Assembly (NCBI GenBank): GCA_965199495.1
Contig: CBDASK010000003.1
Coordinates: forward strand, 3,584,001-3,648,000
Length of the DNA stretch: 64,000 bases
Direction: 5' to 3'
DNA from: Abditibacterium sp.
GTDB lineage: Bacteria > Armatimonadota > Abditibacteriia > Abditibacteriales > Abditibacteriaceae
Part shown: in pieces, positions 52,139 to 62,528 of the stretch
How the letters are laid out: every line of letters begins with the position of its first letter
Numbering within the stretch: the stretch's first letter is position 1
Made by a program: the position numbers and the translations under genes
Notes under the pieces: generated by a model
Databases searched by the model: none
What the model saw: the letters and a program-made list of their open reading frames with translations, nothing else
Told to the model about the DNA's origin: nothing

Positions 52139-52771
52139 CTACTTTTTCGAGGCGCCTCTGAAGATTTGTGAATTATGATACTCAACGTTTTCATCATTCA
52201 ATTTGTGCTTTGGGTGAATACGCAAATTAGACTGATTTAACTCAATCGCACCGTAATCGAGTTGAGCGTGGCAATTTGGGCAGACGCAAATAATATTGCC
52301 CTCAAAGTCTGGGCCATGATGGTCAGAGCCGAGAGGTTGGATATGGTGAGCTTCGGCATAGCTCTGCCCTCCAAACATAGTTAAGGTAAGCCCGCAAATT
52401 TGACATTCGTTGCCATACAAATGCTTTAATTGGCGCGCTAAAGGGCTATCTCGAATGATGCGATTTGAAACGCTCAAGGCGCGTTGAGCCTTTTGAGGTT
52501 CTGCTAAGTCAGAAGCTTTACCTTCGGGACTTCCAACATGAATATAGCCAGGAATGGAAGATATACCTTTAGGGCAGCTTGTTTCTACTCCTAAATGTAA
52601 ATAAGAACAATGTTGATAATCTTCTTCGGTTTCAAAGACGATATATCCTGACGCGTCCAACAACGCGCCAGGAAATTTTTTCAAAAGGTGATACCAAGTT
52701 CCATTGGAACGATAAAGTGCATGGGCGGCATCAATCCCCCATTCACGTTTCAGTTATTTTGCTGTTGCCAT
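52139..52771 (-). pseudogene. HNH endonuclease gene with an in-frame TAA at codon 6
   Basis: GAGGTG RBS, then ATG GCA ACA GCA AAA TAA CTG...; the frame continues into CQICG...EAHHIQPL...NIICVCPNCH. Confidence 0.7.
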
Positions 52772-52796
52772 TTGGAGAATTCACCTCTAAAAACTG

Positions 52797-54608
52797 TTAC
52801 CCCGCCAACTTTTCCATTTCGGCAATCGTTTCCTCGAACACGTCAATCGCCGCGTTGATCGGGTCGGGCGTCGTCATGTCCACGCCCGCGCCTTTGAGCA
52901 AATCAATCGAAGTTTTGCTGCCGCCGCCGCGCAGAAAATTGAGATAACGTTCGACGGCGGGTTGGCCTTCGCGCAGGATTTGGCGCGCCAAGGTTTGCGC
53001 CGCCGAAATTCCCGTTGCGTATTGATAAACGTAGTAGCCGTAATAAAAATGTGGAATTCTCGCCCATTCGATGTTGGCAATCGGGTCAACTTGGACTTCA
53101 GCGCCGTAAAAGCTGCGGTTGATTTCGCCATACATTTCGGTCATCTTCTCCGCCGTCAACGCCTCTTTGTTCTCGACAACCGTATGGATTTTTAACTCGA
53201 ATTCGGCGAATAACGTCTGGCGATACAAAGTCGTGCGGAAGCGTTCGGCGGTCTGGTTGAGCAGGAACAGTTGCAACTCTTTGTCGCCCGATTCACGCGC
53301 GTCGGAAATCATTTTGTGGCTGAGCAACGCTTCCAATAAAGTCGAGGCGACTTCGGCGACGAAGATGGTGTAACCGGCGTAAACGTAAGGCTGAGTTTCG
53401 CGCGCCAGATAAGAATGCAAACTGTGGCCCCACTCGTGCGCGAGCGTGAAAACGCTGCCCAGTTTGTCGTTGTAGTTGAGCAGCATATAGGGCGGCGTCA
53501 AATACGAACCGTCGGAAAAGGCGCCTGAACGTTTGCCCTGATTCTCCAAAACGTCCACCCAGCGCTCCTCGAAACCTCGGCGGATAACAGCAGCCACGGC
53601 GTTGCCCAGGGGGCCGACGGAATTCAGAACCAAGTCTTTGCCGTCGCTAAACGGGATGTCGCGCTCGACGTTTTCGATGATCGGTACATACAAATCCCAC
53701 ATTTGCAGTTCGTCCAATTTCAACAACTTTTTGCGCAACCGCAAATAGCGATGCAAAACCGGCATACGTTGGTGAACCGTGTCAATCAAGTTGGTATAAA
53801 CGCTGGTCGGAATCGCTTCGGGATCGAGTTCCATGTTGAGCGCCGTCGGATAATTGCGAATGCGCGCCATCGCGACGTGACTTTTCACCGTGCCGCTCAA
53901 CGTGGCTGCTGTTGTGTTCTGCCAACCTTCGTAGGTGCCGTGCATGGTGCGAAACGCGTTTTCCCGCACGCTGCGGTCGTTCGATTGCAAAAAATTGATG
54001 TATTTGCCGTGCGTCAATTCCTGCTCGTCGCCGTTTTCGTCGCGGACGTTGGGAAATTTCAGATCAGCGTTATCGAACATCCGAAACGCGCCCGCGCAGG
54101 CGCCGCGCGTTTCGGCCAATTGCGCCAAAACTTCCTCGACTTCGCTGCTTCGCGTGTGAGCGCGCTCGCGTTCGAGCGTCTCGAAATAATATCGGTAAAG
54201 TTTGAGTCCATCTTCGTCGGCAATCATGCGCGCCAAATCGGCGGCGGGAATCGTCAGAATTTCGGGTTGAATCCAGGAAGTCGCGGCGGCACGGCGAGAA
54301 TACAAACCGCTCATGCGGTCGTTGCGCGCCTGAGATTGCGGATTGGTCGTGTCTTCCGCGTTTTTCAGGCTCGCCCACGAACCCAATTTGCCGATGATTT
54401 CGCCGGTTTGGTCGCGCAATGTCAGGCATTCGAGCAACTTTTTAGAATTGTTGAGCGTGCCGGAAAAGGCGGCAAACGCGGGGATTTGCGCTTCGAGCGC
54501 GCTAAATTCGGCTTCCCAATCTTCGGTTGTTTGGTAAACATGGGTCAAATCCCATGTCATTTCGATGGGAACTTGCGAACGTTTGGGCGTAATTTTGGTG
54601 GCGGTCAT
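52797..54608 (-). CDS. pepF: Oligoendopeptidase F (M3B)
   Basis: GKRSGA, HEWGHSLH, AEVAS and WARIPHFY motifs. Confidence 0.96.
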   Translation of the reverse strand: MTATKITPKRSQVPIEMTWDLTHVYQTTEDWEAEFSALEAQIPAFAAFSGTLNNSKKLLECLTLRDQTGEIIGKLGSWASLKNAEDTTNPQSQARNDRMSGLYSRRAAATSWIQPEILTIPAADLARMIADEDGLKLYRYYFETLERERAHTRSSEVEEVLAQLAETRGACAGAFRMFDNADLKFPNVRDENGDEQELTHGKYINFLQSNDRSVRENAFRTMHGTYEGWQNTTAATLSGTVKSHVAMARIRNYPTALNMELDPEAIPTSVYTNLIDTVHQRMPVLHRYLRLRKKLLKLDELQMWDLYVPIIENVERDIPFSDGKDLVLNSVGPLGNAVAAVIRRGFEERWVDVLENQGKRSGAFSDGSYLTPPYMLLNYNDKLGSVFTLAHEWGHSLHSYLARETQPYVYAGYTIFVAEVASTLLEALLSHKMISDARESGDKELQLFLLNQTAERFRTTLYRQTLFAEFELKIHTVVENKEALTAEKMTEMYGEINRSFYGAEVQVDPIANIEWARIPHFYYGYYVYQYATGISAAQTLARQILREGQPAVERYLNFLRGGGSKTSIDLLKGAGVDMTTPDPINAAIDVFEETIAEMEKLAG

Positions 54609-54690
54609 GTGGGCGAAAGTATGGGGCAAACGCGGGGCCGCGAGGAAAATCTAAAGATTTCTTTTAAATGCTTTTCGCTATCCTTTTCTC

Positions 54691-55197
54691 GTGAACGAAA
54701 CAACAAAGCCCGTCGCCGATAAACCCGCCGAAATTCGCCGTCGTTTTGGCACGCGCGAAGAACTGATTTTGGCGCTGTTGCCCACTTCAATTGTTTTGCT
54801 GGTCTTCGGGTTTGTGCAAGCGTGGAGCAAGCAGGAACTTTTGTTCGCATCGCTCGCTTCGAGCGCGTTTTTGATTTATCTCGATCCTAAACACGCCACC
54901 AACAGCGCGCGCACTTTAGTCATTTCGCAAGTTTTATCGGCTTTAATCGGCTTCACGATGTTCTACATTTTCGGCCCCGGCTATCTGTCGGCGGCGGGTT
55001 CGATGGTCGTGGCGATTATCGCGATGGTGACTTTAGATGCAGTTCATCCGCCTGCCGTTTCGACGGCGCTGGCGTTCGGGTTTCGGCCCAGCAACGAACA
55101 TAATTTAACGCTGTTTATTTTGTCGGTTTTTCTCATCGTTTTGCTGGTCGGTTTGCAGCGCGTCTCGCTGTGGCTGGTGGCGCGCGCTTCGCGTTAA
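54691..55197 (+). CDS. HPP family membrane protein
   Basis: ASLASSA and VHPPA motifs. Confidence 0.9.
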   Translation: MNETTKPVADKPAEIRRRFGTREELILALLPTSIVLLVFGFVQAWSKQELLFASLASSAFLIYLDPKHATNSARTLVISQVLSALIGFTMFYIFGPGYLSAAGSMVVAIIAMVTLDAVHPPAVSTALAFGFRPSNEHNLTLFILSVFLIVLLVGLQRVSLWLVARASR

Positions 55198-55207
55198 CTT
55201 CATTTTT

Positions 55208-56035
55208 ATGACAAACGCTCCCAACACAAAAGCTCCCAACATCGCGCCCGAAAAGCAAATTCTCGACGACGAACGCCGCCGACTTTTGCAGCGTATCGAA
55301 GACGGATTGGAAACGCCGCTCCTCGTTCTGGGCATTCTCTGGCTGGGACTTTTGGGCGCCGAATTGATCTGGAACGTTGAAAATTTGTGGATGGAAGTCG
55401 CGGTCTGGACGATCTGGGCAGTTTTCGCGGTTGATTTCGCGATTAAATTCGTCTTGGCGCCCGACAAAGTTGACTATCTCAAAAGCAACTGGCTGAGCGC
55501 GATTTCTCTGTTTGTCCCGGCACTGCGCATCTTTCGGTTTGCGCGCGTGTTTCGACTGTTTCGCGTGGCGCGCGCGGCCCGTGGCTTCCGTTTGGTGCGC
55601 GTGTTGGGCAGTTTGAATAATGGAATGGGCGCGCTGGGCAACGTGATGGGGCGGCGCGGTTTCGGCTACGTTTTGGCGCTCACTCTCATCGTGACTTTTG
55701 TGGGCGCGGCGGGCATGTTGGCCTTTGAAGATCGCGCGTCGGGCGGCGGCATGGACGGTTACGGCCAGGCGATTTGGTGGACGGCGATGTTGATGACGAC
55801 GTTGGGCGCCGGTTACGAACCGCAAACCATCGAAGGCCGCGTGTTGGCATTCTTTTTGGCGTTGTATGCTTTTACCGTGTTCGGCTACTTCACGGCGACG
55901 CTCGCCACGTTTTTCATCGGGCGCGATGCCGAAAACCCCGATGCCGAACTGCCCTCGGCCCAAATGATCGGCGAACTGCGCGAGGAAATCGCCGGACTGC
56001 GCGCCGAAATGCGCGCGCTGAAAGAGGACAAATAA
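55208..56035 (+). CDS. Voltage-gated-type ion channel (S4 plus pore)
   Basis: Arg repeat LRIFRFARVFRLFRVAR; pore AIWWTAMLMTTLGAGYEP; coiled-coil tail. Confidence 0.85.
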   Translation: MTNAPNTKAPNIAPEKQILDDERRRLLQRIEDGLETPLLVLGILWLGLLGAELIWNVENLWMEVAVWTIWAVFAVDFAIKFVLAPDKVDYLKSNWLSAISLFVPALRIFRFARVFRLFRVARAARGFRLVRVLGSLNNGMGALGNVMGRRGFGYVLALTLIVTFVGAAGMLAFEDRASGGGMDGYGQAIWWTAMLMTTLGAGYEPQTIEGRVLAFFLALYAFTVFGYFTATLATFFIGRDAENPDAELPSAQMIGELREEIAGLRAEMRALKEDK

Positions 56036-56038
56036 TTC

Positions 56039-56515
56039 ATGGACGAAACAGCTAAAATTGCACTCAACGCTTTGGGCGATAAAGGCGCTGAAACTTTCGC
56101 GGGCAATCCGCTGGGGCAAGCAACCGAACTGTGGATTCAAAACGCGGTGCAGTGGTTGCGTCTGGGTGTCGAAACGATGGGCGCCATTGTGATTGGCGTC
56201 GGTATTTTGGTGGCGTTGCTGGCTTTGTTGCGCACATTAATCGCGCGTCAGCCCGCCAATTTTAACGCGATCCGTTTGGGATTTGCGCGTTATTTAGCGA
56301 TGGCATTGGAATTTCAGTTGGGCGCTGATATTCTTTCGACGGCCATCGCTCCGAGTTGGGGCACCATTGGGCGCCTGGCGGCTATCGCCATCATTCGCAC
56401 GGCGCTCAACTACTTTTTGATGAAAGAAATCAACGAAGAAACAAAACGCGCCGAAAACGAAAAAGGGGTGGAGGCGCGCACCAGCGATGATCCGTCGAAA
56501 CATATCGCGGTGTGA
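56039..56515 (+). CDS. DUF1622 family membrane protein
   Basis: LEFQLGADIL, APSW and IRTALNYFL motifs. Confidence 0.9.
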   Translation: MDETAKIALNALGDKGAETFAGNPLGQATELWIQNAVQWLRLGVETMGAIVIGVGILVALLALLRTLIARQPANFNAIRLGFARYLAMALEFQLGADILSTAIAPSWGTIGRLAAIAIIRTALNYFLMKEINEETKRAENEKGVEARTSDDPSKHIAV

Positions 56516-56534
56516 ATAAAAGCGCCCATTTTCC

Positions 56535-57551
56535 TCAACTCCCCAACTTTTCCACCCATTCCGCGACTTCGTCCGCGCTTAATTCGCGATCTACGTCCAC
56601 GCTCGCTTTGAGCGAGGCGAACAAACGTTGCGCTTTCCAGCTACGCGAATACGACGACGGCCCCAAGATAATAACGCGATATTGCTCCCACTTGGGAATG
56701 ACGAGGGGCGAATCTTCGTTCCAAATCCAATGCTGGCTGTCGGCCAAATCGTCTTTGATCGAGCCGTCGCGGTTGAGCGCGCGATACGAATACAAATTCC
56801 AATCGCTTTCGACGCTCATTTCGCTGGTCTGCTCGCCGCTACCATCGAAAATCGCGGTCGCGGCTTTGGGATATTTGCGCGCCGCGTCGGGATAGTGCGC
56901 CATCAAAAGCGCGTGCAACTGCGCGATATCGGCGATGCCGCTAAACGTGCCGATAAAACCGCGTTGGCGCGCCGGTTCGATTACCAAAATCGGTTCTTTA
57001 TCCAAAACTCCCAACATCGCATCGAGAAAAAACGCGCCTTCGTGGCGCTCGGACAATGGAGCAGCCACGTCGCGCAGAGGCCGCATTTGCGCGCGCGCTT
57101 CGGGACTGGCCGACAAAGCCGCCATCAGGGGCAAATAAAACGCCTGCAAGCGTTCCCAGTCGCGCGCTTCGGCGGGCATTTGCGCGGTCACTTCTTCCAC
57201 GACGGCATCCACATTTTGCCCGTCGCCCTCGGCATGAATCACGGCGTCGAGCAAACGAGTAGCGCCATCTAACCATTGCGGCAAACGCGGCGCGAACGCT
57301 TCCAATAGCGGTTCGGGCGCGAATCCGTTTTCGACTAAGGCGCCGCTCATCATCAGCGCGAACTGGGCGCGCGCCAAATTCTCCCAATCCATCACGCCCG
57401 CCAATTGAATCTGCGCATCCAAAATCGCCTGAATCGAATCGGGATTTTGTAGCGTCTTGACCCACTTGTCGGCGGCGCTTTGAATGGCGCGTTCGTCCGA
57501 ATCTGGATTGGCCAGAACGTCGAGCAGTTGTTGCGTTTGTTGAGCGGGCAT
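56535..57551 (-). CDS. Hypothetical protein
   Basis: Long ORF with typical codon style. Confidence 0.75.
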   Translation of the reverse strand: MPAQQTQQLLDVLANPDSDERAIQSAADKWVKTLQNPDSIQAILDAQIQLAGVMDWENLARAQFALMMSGALVENGFAPEPLLEAFAPRLPQWLDGATRLLDAVIHAEGDGQNVDAVVEEVTAQMPAEARDWERLQAFYLPLMAALSASPEARAQMRPLRDVAAPLSERHEGAFFLDAMLGVLDKEPILVIEPARQRGFIGTFSGIADIAQLHALLMAHYPDAARKYPKAATAIFDGSGEQTSEMSVESDWNLYSYRALNRDGSIKDDLADSQHWIWNEDSPLVIPKWEQYRVIILGPSSYSRSWKAQRLFASLKASVDVDRELSADEVAEWVEKLGS

Positions 57552-57563
57552 CGGCCAAACAAG

Positions 57564-57986
57564 TTACCAAATCTGGCGCCACCATGCCCACGCGAACACG
57601 CTCGTAAAATAAAGCCAGCCCGCCGCGAACAAGTAATGAATCGTCGTCTCGAAGATTTTGCCGCGCCACAATTGGGAATCGTAGACCGCGAACTGAAAGA
57701 CCAATCGGCAACCCCAAAACAGCGTCAATCCGCCGCACAGCCAATTTCCGGCCAGCGTCGGTTCGAGCAAAGCGCGCGTGCCCAACAGTGCCAAAGCGCC
57801 CATCATGGCGCAAATCAGCGCGATGAAGAAATTATGAACGTAGAAAATCTGCCGGTTGAGCGGTGACATCTTCGCGGTCTCTTCGTCCCAATGGAAGCGT
57901 TTGTCGAAAAGCGCGTGGGAAACTCCGAGAAAAATGAGAATCGCTCCGGTAAATTTCAGGTGCAACGCGAGATCGAAAAGCGACAT
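57564..57986 (-). CDS. Hypothetical 4-TM membrane protein
   Basis: Four hydrophobic segments; NRQIFYVHNFFI. Confidence 0.75.
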   Translation of the reverse strand: MSLFDLALHLKFTGAILIFLGVSHALFDKRFHWDEETAKMSPLNRQIFYVHNFFIALICAMMGALALLGTRALLEPTLAGNWLCGGLTLFWGCRLVFQFAVYDSQLWRGKIFETTIHYLFAAGWLYFTSVFAWAWWRQIW

Positions 57987-58132
57987 TGGCGTTAGTTTAA
58001 TGGATGGACTTTTGACAAGTGGCCGAGCAAACCGACGAAATTTGGGGCCAAAAGTCCGCCATCCATCCGAAATTGAAAATCGCCCGGTAAACTGAAAGAG
58101 GCGACTTTTACGCCGTCTTCCCAACCTATTTC

Positions 58133-61100
58133 ATGAAAAATTCGCTCGTTATCCTCGCCGTGGCTGCTTGGGGCGCTGGTTCGGCATTGGTCGGTTGCGC
58201 CGCACTGCGCCCGACCAACGCGGCAGTGGTGAATCAAGCGCCAGCCAATATCGGCTCTGAAAAAATCGCGATGGCGCCCGCCGCTTTGCGCGGTTACGGT
58301 CAAGTCACGGCGAGCTTTACCGCCACGCGCGCCGAGTTCGAGTGCGAAACTGCGGATTACGCCGACCGTTTGATGGGAAAATTGTTGGCGGACGCGTTTT
58401 GGGAGGCGGGCGCCAATCACATTCAGACGACGGCGCGCGCGGGCAAAGTTTCGATTCCGCTTCATCAACGCGCGGGCTACGGCGTTTTGAGCGTCGCGCG
58501 CAACGGCAATCGCGTCGTGGTTTTGGGCGGCGAAACGCCCACCGATGTCGTCGCGTTGGCGACCAAAGAACCGCTATTTCAGCAAGCGGGGACGATTTTC
58601 GCGCCAGCCAAACCGTATCCGATTTATCTCGATTTTTACGATTTGCGCGCCGTCAAATTTTATACGGGCGCGATGGACGGCGGCGAGTTGGGCTTGGAAA
58701 GCCATTGGCCGTTCCTCCAAAAATTCGGTCTGGGCGGCCTGACCGTGCAGGGGCCTTCGGCCAATTTTAACAATCCGGCGTCCGGCGTTGTGCAATGGGC
58801 GCCCTACGATTACGAAGTGCGACAGGCGCAGCGCAGTGGCGGTATGATCGTGCCGTCGCTTTATCTGGGCGGCGAGGTCTCATTGTGGGATTATAACGAC
58901 CGGCCCTTTTCCATGATGCAGCCGTCGCCGACGGCGCTGGTGGGCGCCTGGGGCTATGGTGCAGCCACGGCGGGCGCGCACTATCTCAGTTGGGGCTTGA
59001 GCGGCGCCGCTGATAACATCGCGCCCACCCAATTCGCGCGTCAGGTCGTCGCGCGTTACGGCGATAATCCCGCCGTCGGTGGCTGGCATCTTTATGCCGG
59101 TTCGCCCGGTGTCGAGATGGCATTTCACGACCGCGTAACCGATTTATGGGATTATTCGGTGGCGGGAGAGCGTGGTTTTCGCCAGTGGTTGCGCGACGAG
59201 AAAAAGTTGACTTTGGCCGAATTGGGCGCGCGCTGGTTTGGCGATTCCGCGCATTTCGCTTCGTGGGACGAAGTTCATGTTCCCGATGTGCGCGGCTTCA
59301 CCGCCGATTTAGCGGGCGGCGCTTTGCGCTTGGGCGCGGGTTGGAGTTGGAAAAAAGCCGATGGCGCGCAGTCCTCGGAAGCTGCGCCGCCCGGCGCGGG
59401 CAAGCCGTGGATTCCCGTGGCGATGCCGCCCGCGCAAGATCAGGATTTCTTGCCGTTTGGTGCGGCGTTCTATCGCGATTCGTTCGATGCGAGCGCTTGG
59501 ATGCGCGGCAAAACCGATCAGAAAATCTATCTGGCGATTGACACCAACGACCGCAGCGCGGACGGCACGCAAATTTGGATCAACGGCCAAACCGTCGGCC
59601 AATTCAAAAGCCAGCCCGAAACTCGTCAAGTCGGCGTGGATGTCACAGCTTACCTCCAAAACGGGCGCAACGAACTGGTTTTGCGCGTGCCTTCGGGCCG
59701 CGATATTCACCGCGACGGCAAACTTTTTGGCCCGGTCGCGCTCAGCACAACGCCACCACGAATCTATCCGTTTTTGGGGCGCGAGGCCAACGCGCGCTGG
59801 GTGGACGTGCGCGAGTGGCAAGCCTACGGCATCTATCACAGCCATCTTTTGGCGGCCCAAACCGCGCGCGCCGCCGACCCCAATCGCCCGCTCATTTTGT
59901 CAGGGACGGCGGCGGAGTTGGGCAATTACAACCAGGATTTGGCCGTGCGTTTTGGAATGGGCTTGCAGTTCACCGGGCGCGAGGCCTACTATTTTCCGTG
60001 GAGTTCGCGTGCCGGGCAGATCGCGGGCTTTTATGGCACTTCGGAGCCGTCGGCGCCCACCCTCGATCCGCGCGATCTCTCGCGCACCATCGGTTGGAGC
60101 TTGTTCGACGGCGATAGCAACATTGACCTGTTTTATCATATCGAACAATATATCGGCATGGAAAACAAAACCGGTTGGTTTTCCAAAAACAAGCCGTTGC
60201 TGCAATTGGTCGGCAAGTCGTTGCCCGAACCGGCGCCGATGGTGATTTTGCGCTCGGCGCAGACTTATCTATTGGGCAGTCAGGCGCCCGATAACTGGGA
60301 CATCGGGCGCGGCGAATTGCACAGCGCGCATTTCGATTACGGTTATGCCACCGAACGCGAAGTCCGCAACGGCCAAATCAATGGCACGCCGCTCGTATTC
60401 GATGCGGGCAGTGAGTTCATGGACGCTCAAACCCTCGCGGCCCTCGAAAAATATGTGCGGGCGGGCGGCACTTTCGTGGCGCTTCACCAAACCGGACGCC
60501 ACAGTTTGCTCGCGCCCGATACTTATCCGATCTCGACGCTGACCGGTTTCAAGGTGGCGTCCGGTTCGGCGTCGGGGCCGATCCGTTTTGGCGCCGATTT
60601 GCCGATTTTTAAGGGCTGGGAAAACGATCAATTCGATGGTCGCGAAGGCATCGAACTCGACGCGAAAACGGCGGCGCCCGGCACGGTCGCCCTCGCCAAA
60701 TGGGCGAATGGCAACGTCGCCGTCGGAATGCGGACGCTGGGCAAAGGCCGCGTTATCACGCTGGCTTCGACATTTTGGCGCGCGGACGGCGCGCGCGCGA
60801 CCGATTTTTTCGAGCGGCTTTTTGGCGCCGTCGGCATCGAGCGCACGGCGCGCAGTGCGGACACAAATATCTGGACGCGCAAAGTCATCAGCAAAAACGG
60901 GCAGCAAGATTGGCTGCTCGCCTTCAACAACAGCGACAACGCGCGCACGGCGGGCGTCTCGTTTCGCACCGCGCAACGTCCCGCGCAAGTCACCGATTTG
61001 CTGACGGGGCAGTCCGTTTCGTTCGATTATCAAAACGGCATGGTCGAAATCGCTGGGGTAGGCTTCGACCGGCAGGGCACGCGTGCCTTCGCGGCGCGGC

Positions 61101-62062
61101 GCGCCAGTCTGGTGGGCGGTTTGCCGTTTTGGTGGGCCGAAAAACTCAAGTATTGGCGCCAAACCGAAACCGAAAGCGGAACTTTGCCGCCTTCATCTCC
61201 GGCGAACAACGCGCGCACCCTCGCTTTCGATGGGTGGAAGTTTCGCCGCGACGATGCAGCCATCGGCGCCGATTCGGCTTGGATGCAGCCGAATTTCGAT
61301 GATGCCAAGTGGCAAACGCTGCCAACTGGGCCGTGGAATTTGCGGGACGAAAACCTGCGCGATTATCACGGCGCCGCCGCTTATCGCGCGCGCTTTACTC
61401 TTCCGCCGACTTGGAAAGGGCGCACAATTACGCTCAACCTTTATTCGTTCAACACGCCGATTGTTTACGATAGCGGCGAGTTTTTCATCAATGGCCAGAA
61501 AGTCACGTCGTATCAGGGGCGCCCCGGCAGCCAGACTTTGAATTATGATGTGACCCCGCTACTGCGCGACGGCGAAAATATATTATCGGTCAAAGTCAAG
61601 GGCGGCCCCAAACTGTCCGGCGTGGCTGGTTGCGTGTGGCTCGCACCCGAACGCGCGTTTGACGCCCAACTCGATTTGAGCGGTTCGTGGGACATGGTTA
61701 AAGGCGATTATTTGACGCGCGAAAAAATCAGTTTGCCCGGTGGCGGGCAGGGCAAATATCTGGAAAAAACCGTGGACGTGCCCGCCGATTGGAGCGGCGG
61801 CGAAACTTTCGTTCACATCGAAGTGCCCAATGGGCAGTGGATGAAATGCGTCGCGGTGAACGGACATCCCATCGCGCTCAACTCGTATTTGCATCCGTTT
61901 GGGTTGCGCAGCGAGATTAATATCTCGCCTTATGTGCGCGCGGGCGAACCCAATCGCATCCAAATTTGGCCGTGGAACACGATTCCCGCTCAAGGAGAAA
62001 ACGCGCAAGTCGCCGAAGATCGTTTCGATATTTCGCGAATTTTTCTGGGGCGCGCCAAGTAG
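58133..62062 (+). CDS. Large secreted or lipoprotein beta-galactosidase-like (GH42-like) multidomain protein
   Basis: LVGC lipobox-like; RYGDNPAVGGW, FRQWL, LEKYVRAGG trimerisation-like segment; GH2-type sugar-binding segments (WINGQ, FINGQ). Confidence 0.7.
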   Translation: MKNSLVILAVAAWGAGSALVGCAALRPTNAAVVNQAPANIGSEKIAMAPAALRGYGQVTASFTATRAEFECETADYADRLMGKLLADAFWEAGANHIQTTARAGKVSIPLHQRAGYGVLSVARNGNRVVVLGGETPTDVVALATKEPLFQQAGTIFAPAKPYPIYLDFYDLRAVKFYTGAMDGGELGLESHWPFLQKFGLGGLTVQGPSANFNNPASGVVQWAPYDYEVRQAQRSGGMIVPSLYLGGEVSLWDYNDRPFSMMQPSPTALVGAWGYGAATAGAHYLSWGLSGAADNIAPTQFARQVVARYGDNPAVGGWHLYAGSPGVEMAFHDRVTDLWDYSVAGERGFRQWLRDEKKLTLAELGARWFGDSAHFASWDEVHVPDVRGFTADLAGGALRLGAGWSWKKADGAQSSEAAPPGAGKPWIPVAMPPAQDQDFLPFGAAFYRDSFDASAWMRGKTDQKIYLAIDTNDRSADGTQIWINGQTVGQFKSQPETRQVGVDVTAYLQNGRNELVLRVPSGRDIHRDGKLFGPVALSTTPPRIYPFLGREANARWVDVREWQAYGIYHSHLLAAQTARAADPNRPLILSGTAAELGNYNQDLAVRFGMGLQFTGREAYYFPWSSRAGQIAGFYGTSEPSAPTLDPRDLSRTIGWSLFDGDSNIDLFYHIEQYIGMENKTGWFSKNKPLLQLVGKSLPEPAPMVILRSAQTYLLGSQAPDNWDIGRGELHSAHFDYGYATEREVRNGQINGTPLVFDAGSEFMDAQTLAALEKYVRAGGTFVALHQTGRHSLLAPDTYPISTLTGFKVASGSASGPIRFGADLPIFKGWENDQFDGREGIELDAKTAAPGTVALAKWANGNVAVGMRTLGKGRVITLASTFWRADGARATDFFERLFGAVGIERTARSADTNIWTRKVISKNGQQDWLLAFNNSDNARTAGVSFRTAQRPAQVTDLLTGQSVSFDYQNGMVEIAGVGFDRQGTRAFAARRASLVGGLPFWWAEKLKYWRQTETESGTLPPSSPANNARTLAFDGWKFRRDDAAIGADSAWMQPNFDDAKWQTLPTGPWNLRDENLRDYHGAAAYRARFTLPPTWKGRTITLNLYSFNTPIVYDSGEFFINGQKVTSYQGRPGSQTLNYDVTPLLRDGENILSVKVKGGPKLSGVAGCVWLAPERAFDAQLDLSGSWDMVKGDYLTREKISLPGGGQGKYLEKTVDVPADWSGGETFVHIEVPNGQWMKCVAVNGHPIALNSYLHPFGLRSEINISPYVRAGEPNRIQIWPWNTIPAQGENAQVAEDRFDISRIFLGRAK

Positions 62063-62082
62063 CGGTCGCATAAACTGAGTCA

Positions 62083-62316
62083 ATGCCCCGTGAAATTCAG
62101 GATGAAAACACGATTTGGAGCTTGGCTCAGGCCTACGCCGGATTGGAAGAATTGCACAGCGCCCGCAAAGACGTGGCGCACAAGGACGGCTTAGTTTGGG
62201 TTATCGCCACGCCCAATGGTGGCGCGCAATCGGTGCGTTTGCACTTGGCGGAAGATTGGGAAAGCGAACTCGACGATGAAGACTTGCTCGCGGTAATCGC
62301 CGAGAACGCGAAATAA
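62083..62316 (+). CDS. Small acidic hypothetical protein
   Basis: 77-aa ORF; WSLAQAYAG, SVRLHL..DWE. Confidence 0.7.
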   Translation: MPREIQDENTIWSLAQAYAGLEELHSARKDVAHKDGLVWVIATPNGGAQSVRLHLAEDWESELDDEDLLAVIAENAK

Positions 62317-62528
62317 CCTAAGTTGCGCCCTACTTCTTCATTGTCATTCTGAGCCGGGTGCCCCTTGGGCGGTAGGCACGAACGAAGTCGAAGAATCCAT
62401 GACGTAACGGCACCGATGAGAGCGGAGTCAAAAAGCAACCGATGGATTCTTCGACTTCGTTCGTGCCTACCGCCCAAGGGGCACCCGGCTCAGAATGACA
62501 ATGAAGAAGTAGGGCGCAACTTAGGTTA
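62314..62528. repeat. Family B2 palindrome with perfect 87-bp arms
   Basis: 62314-62400 is the exact reverse complement of 62442-62528. Confidence 0.93.
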
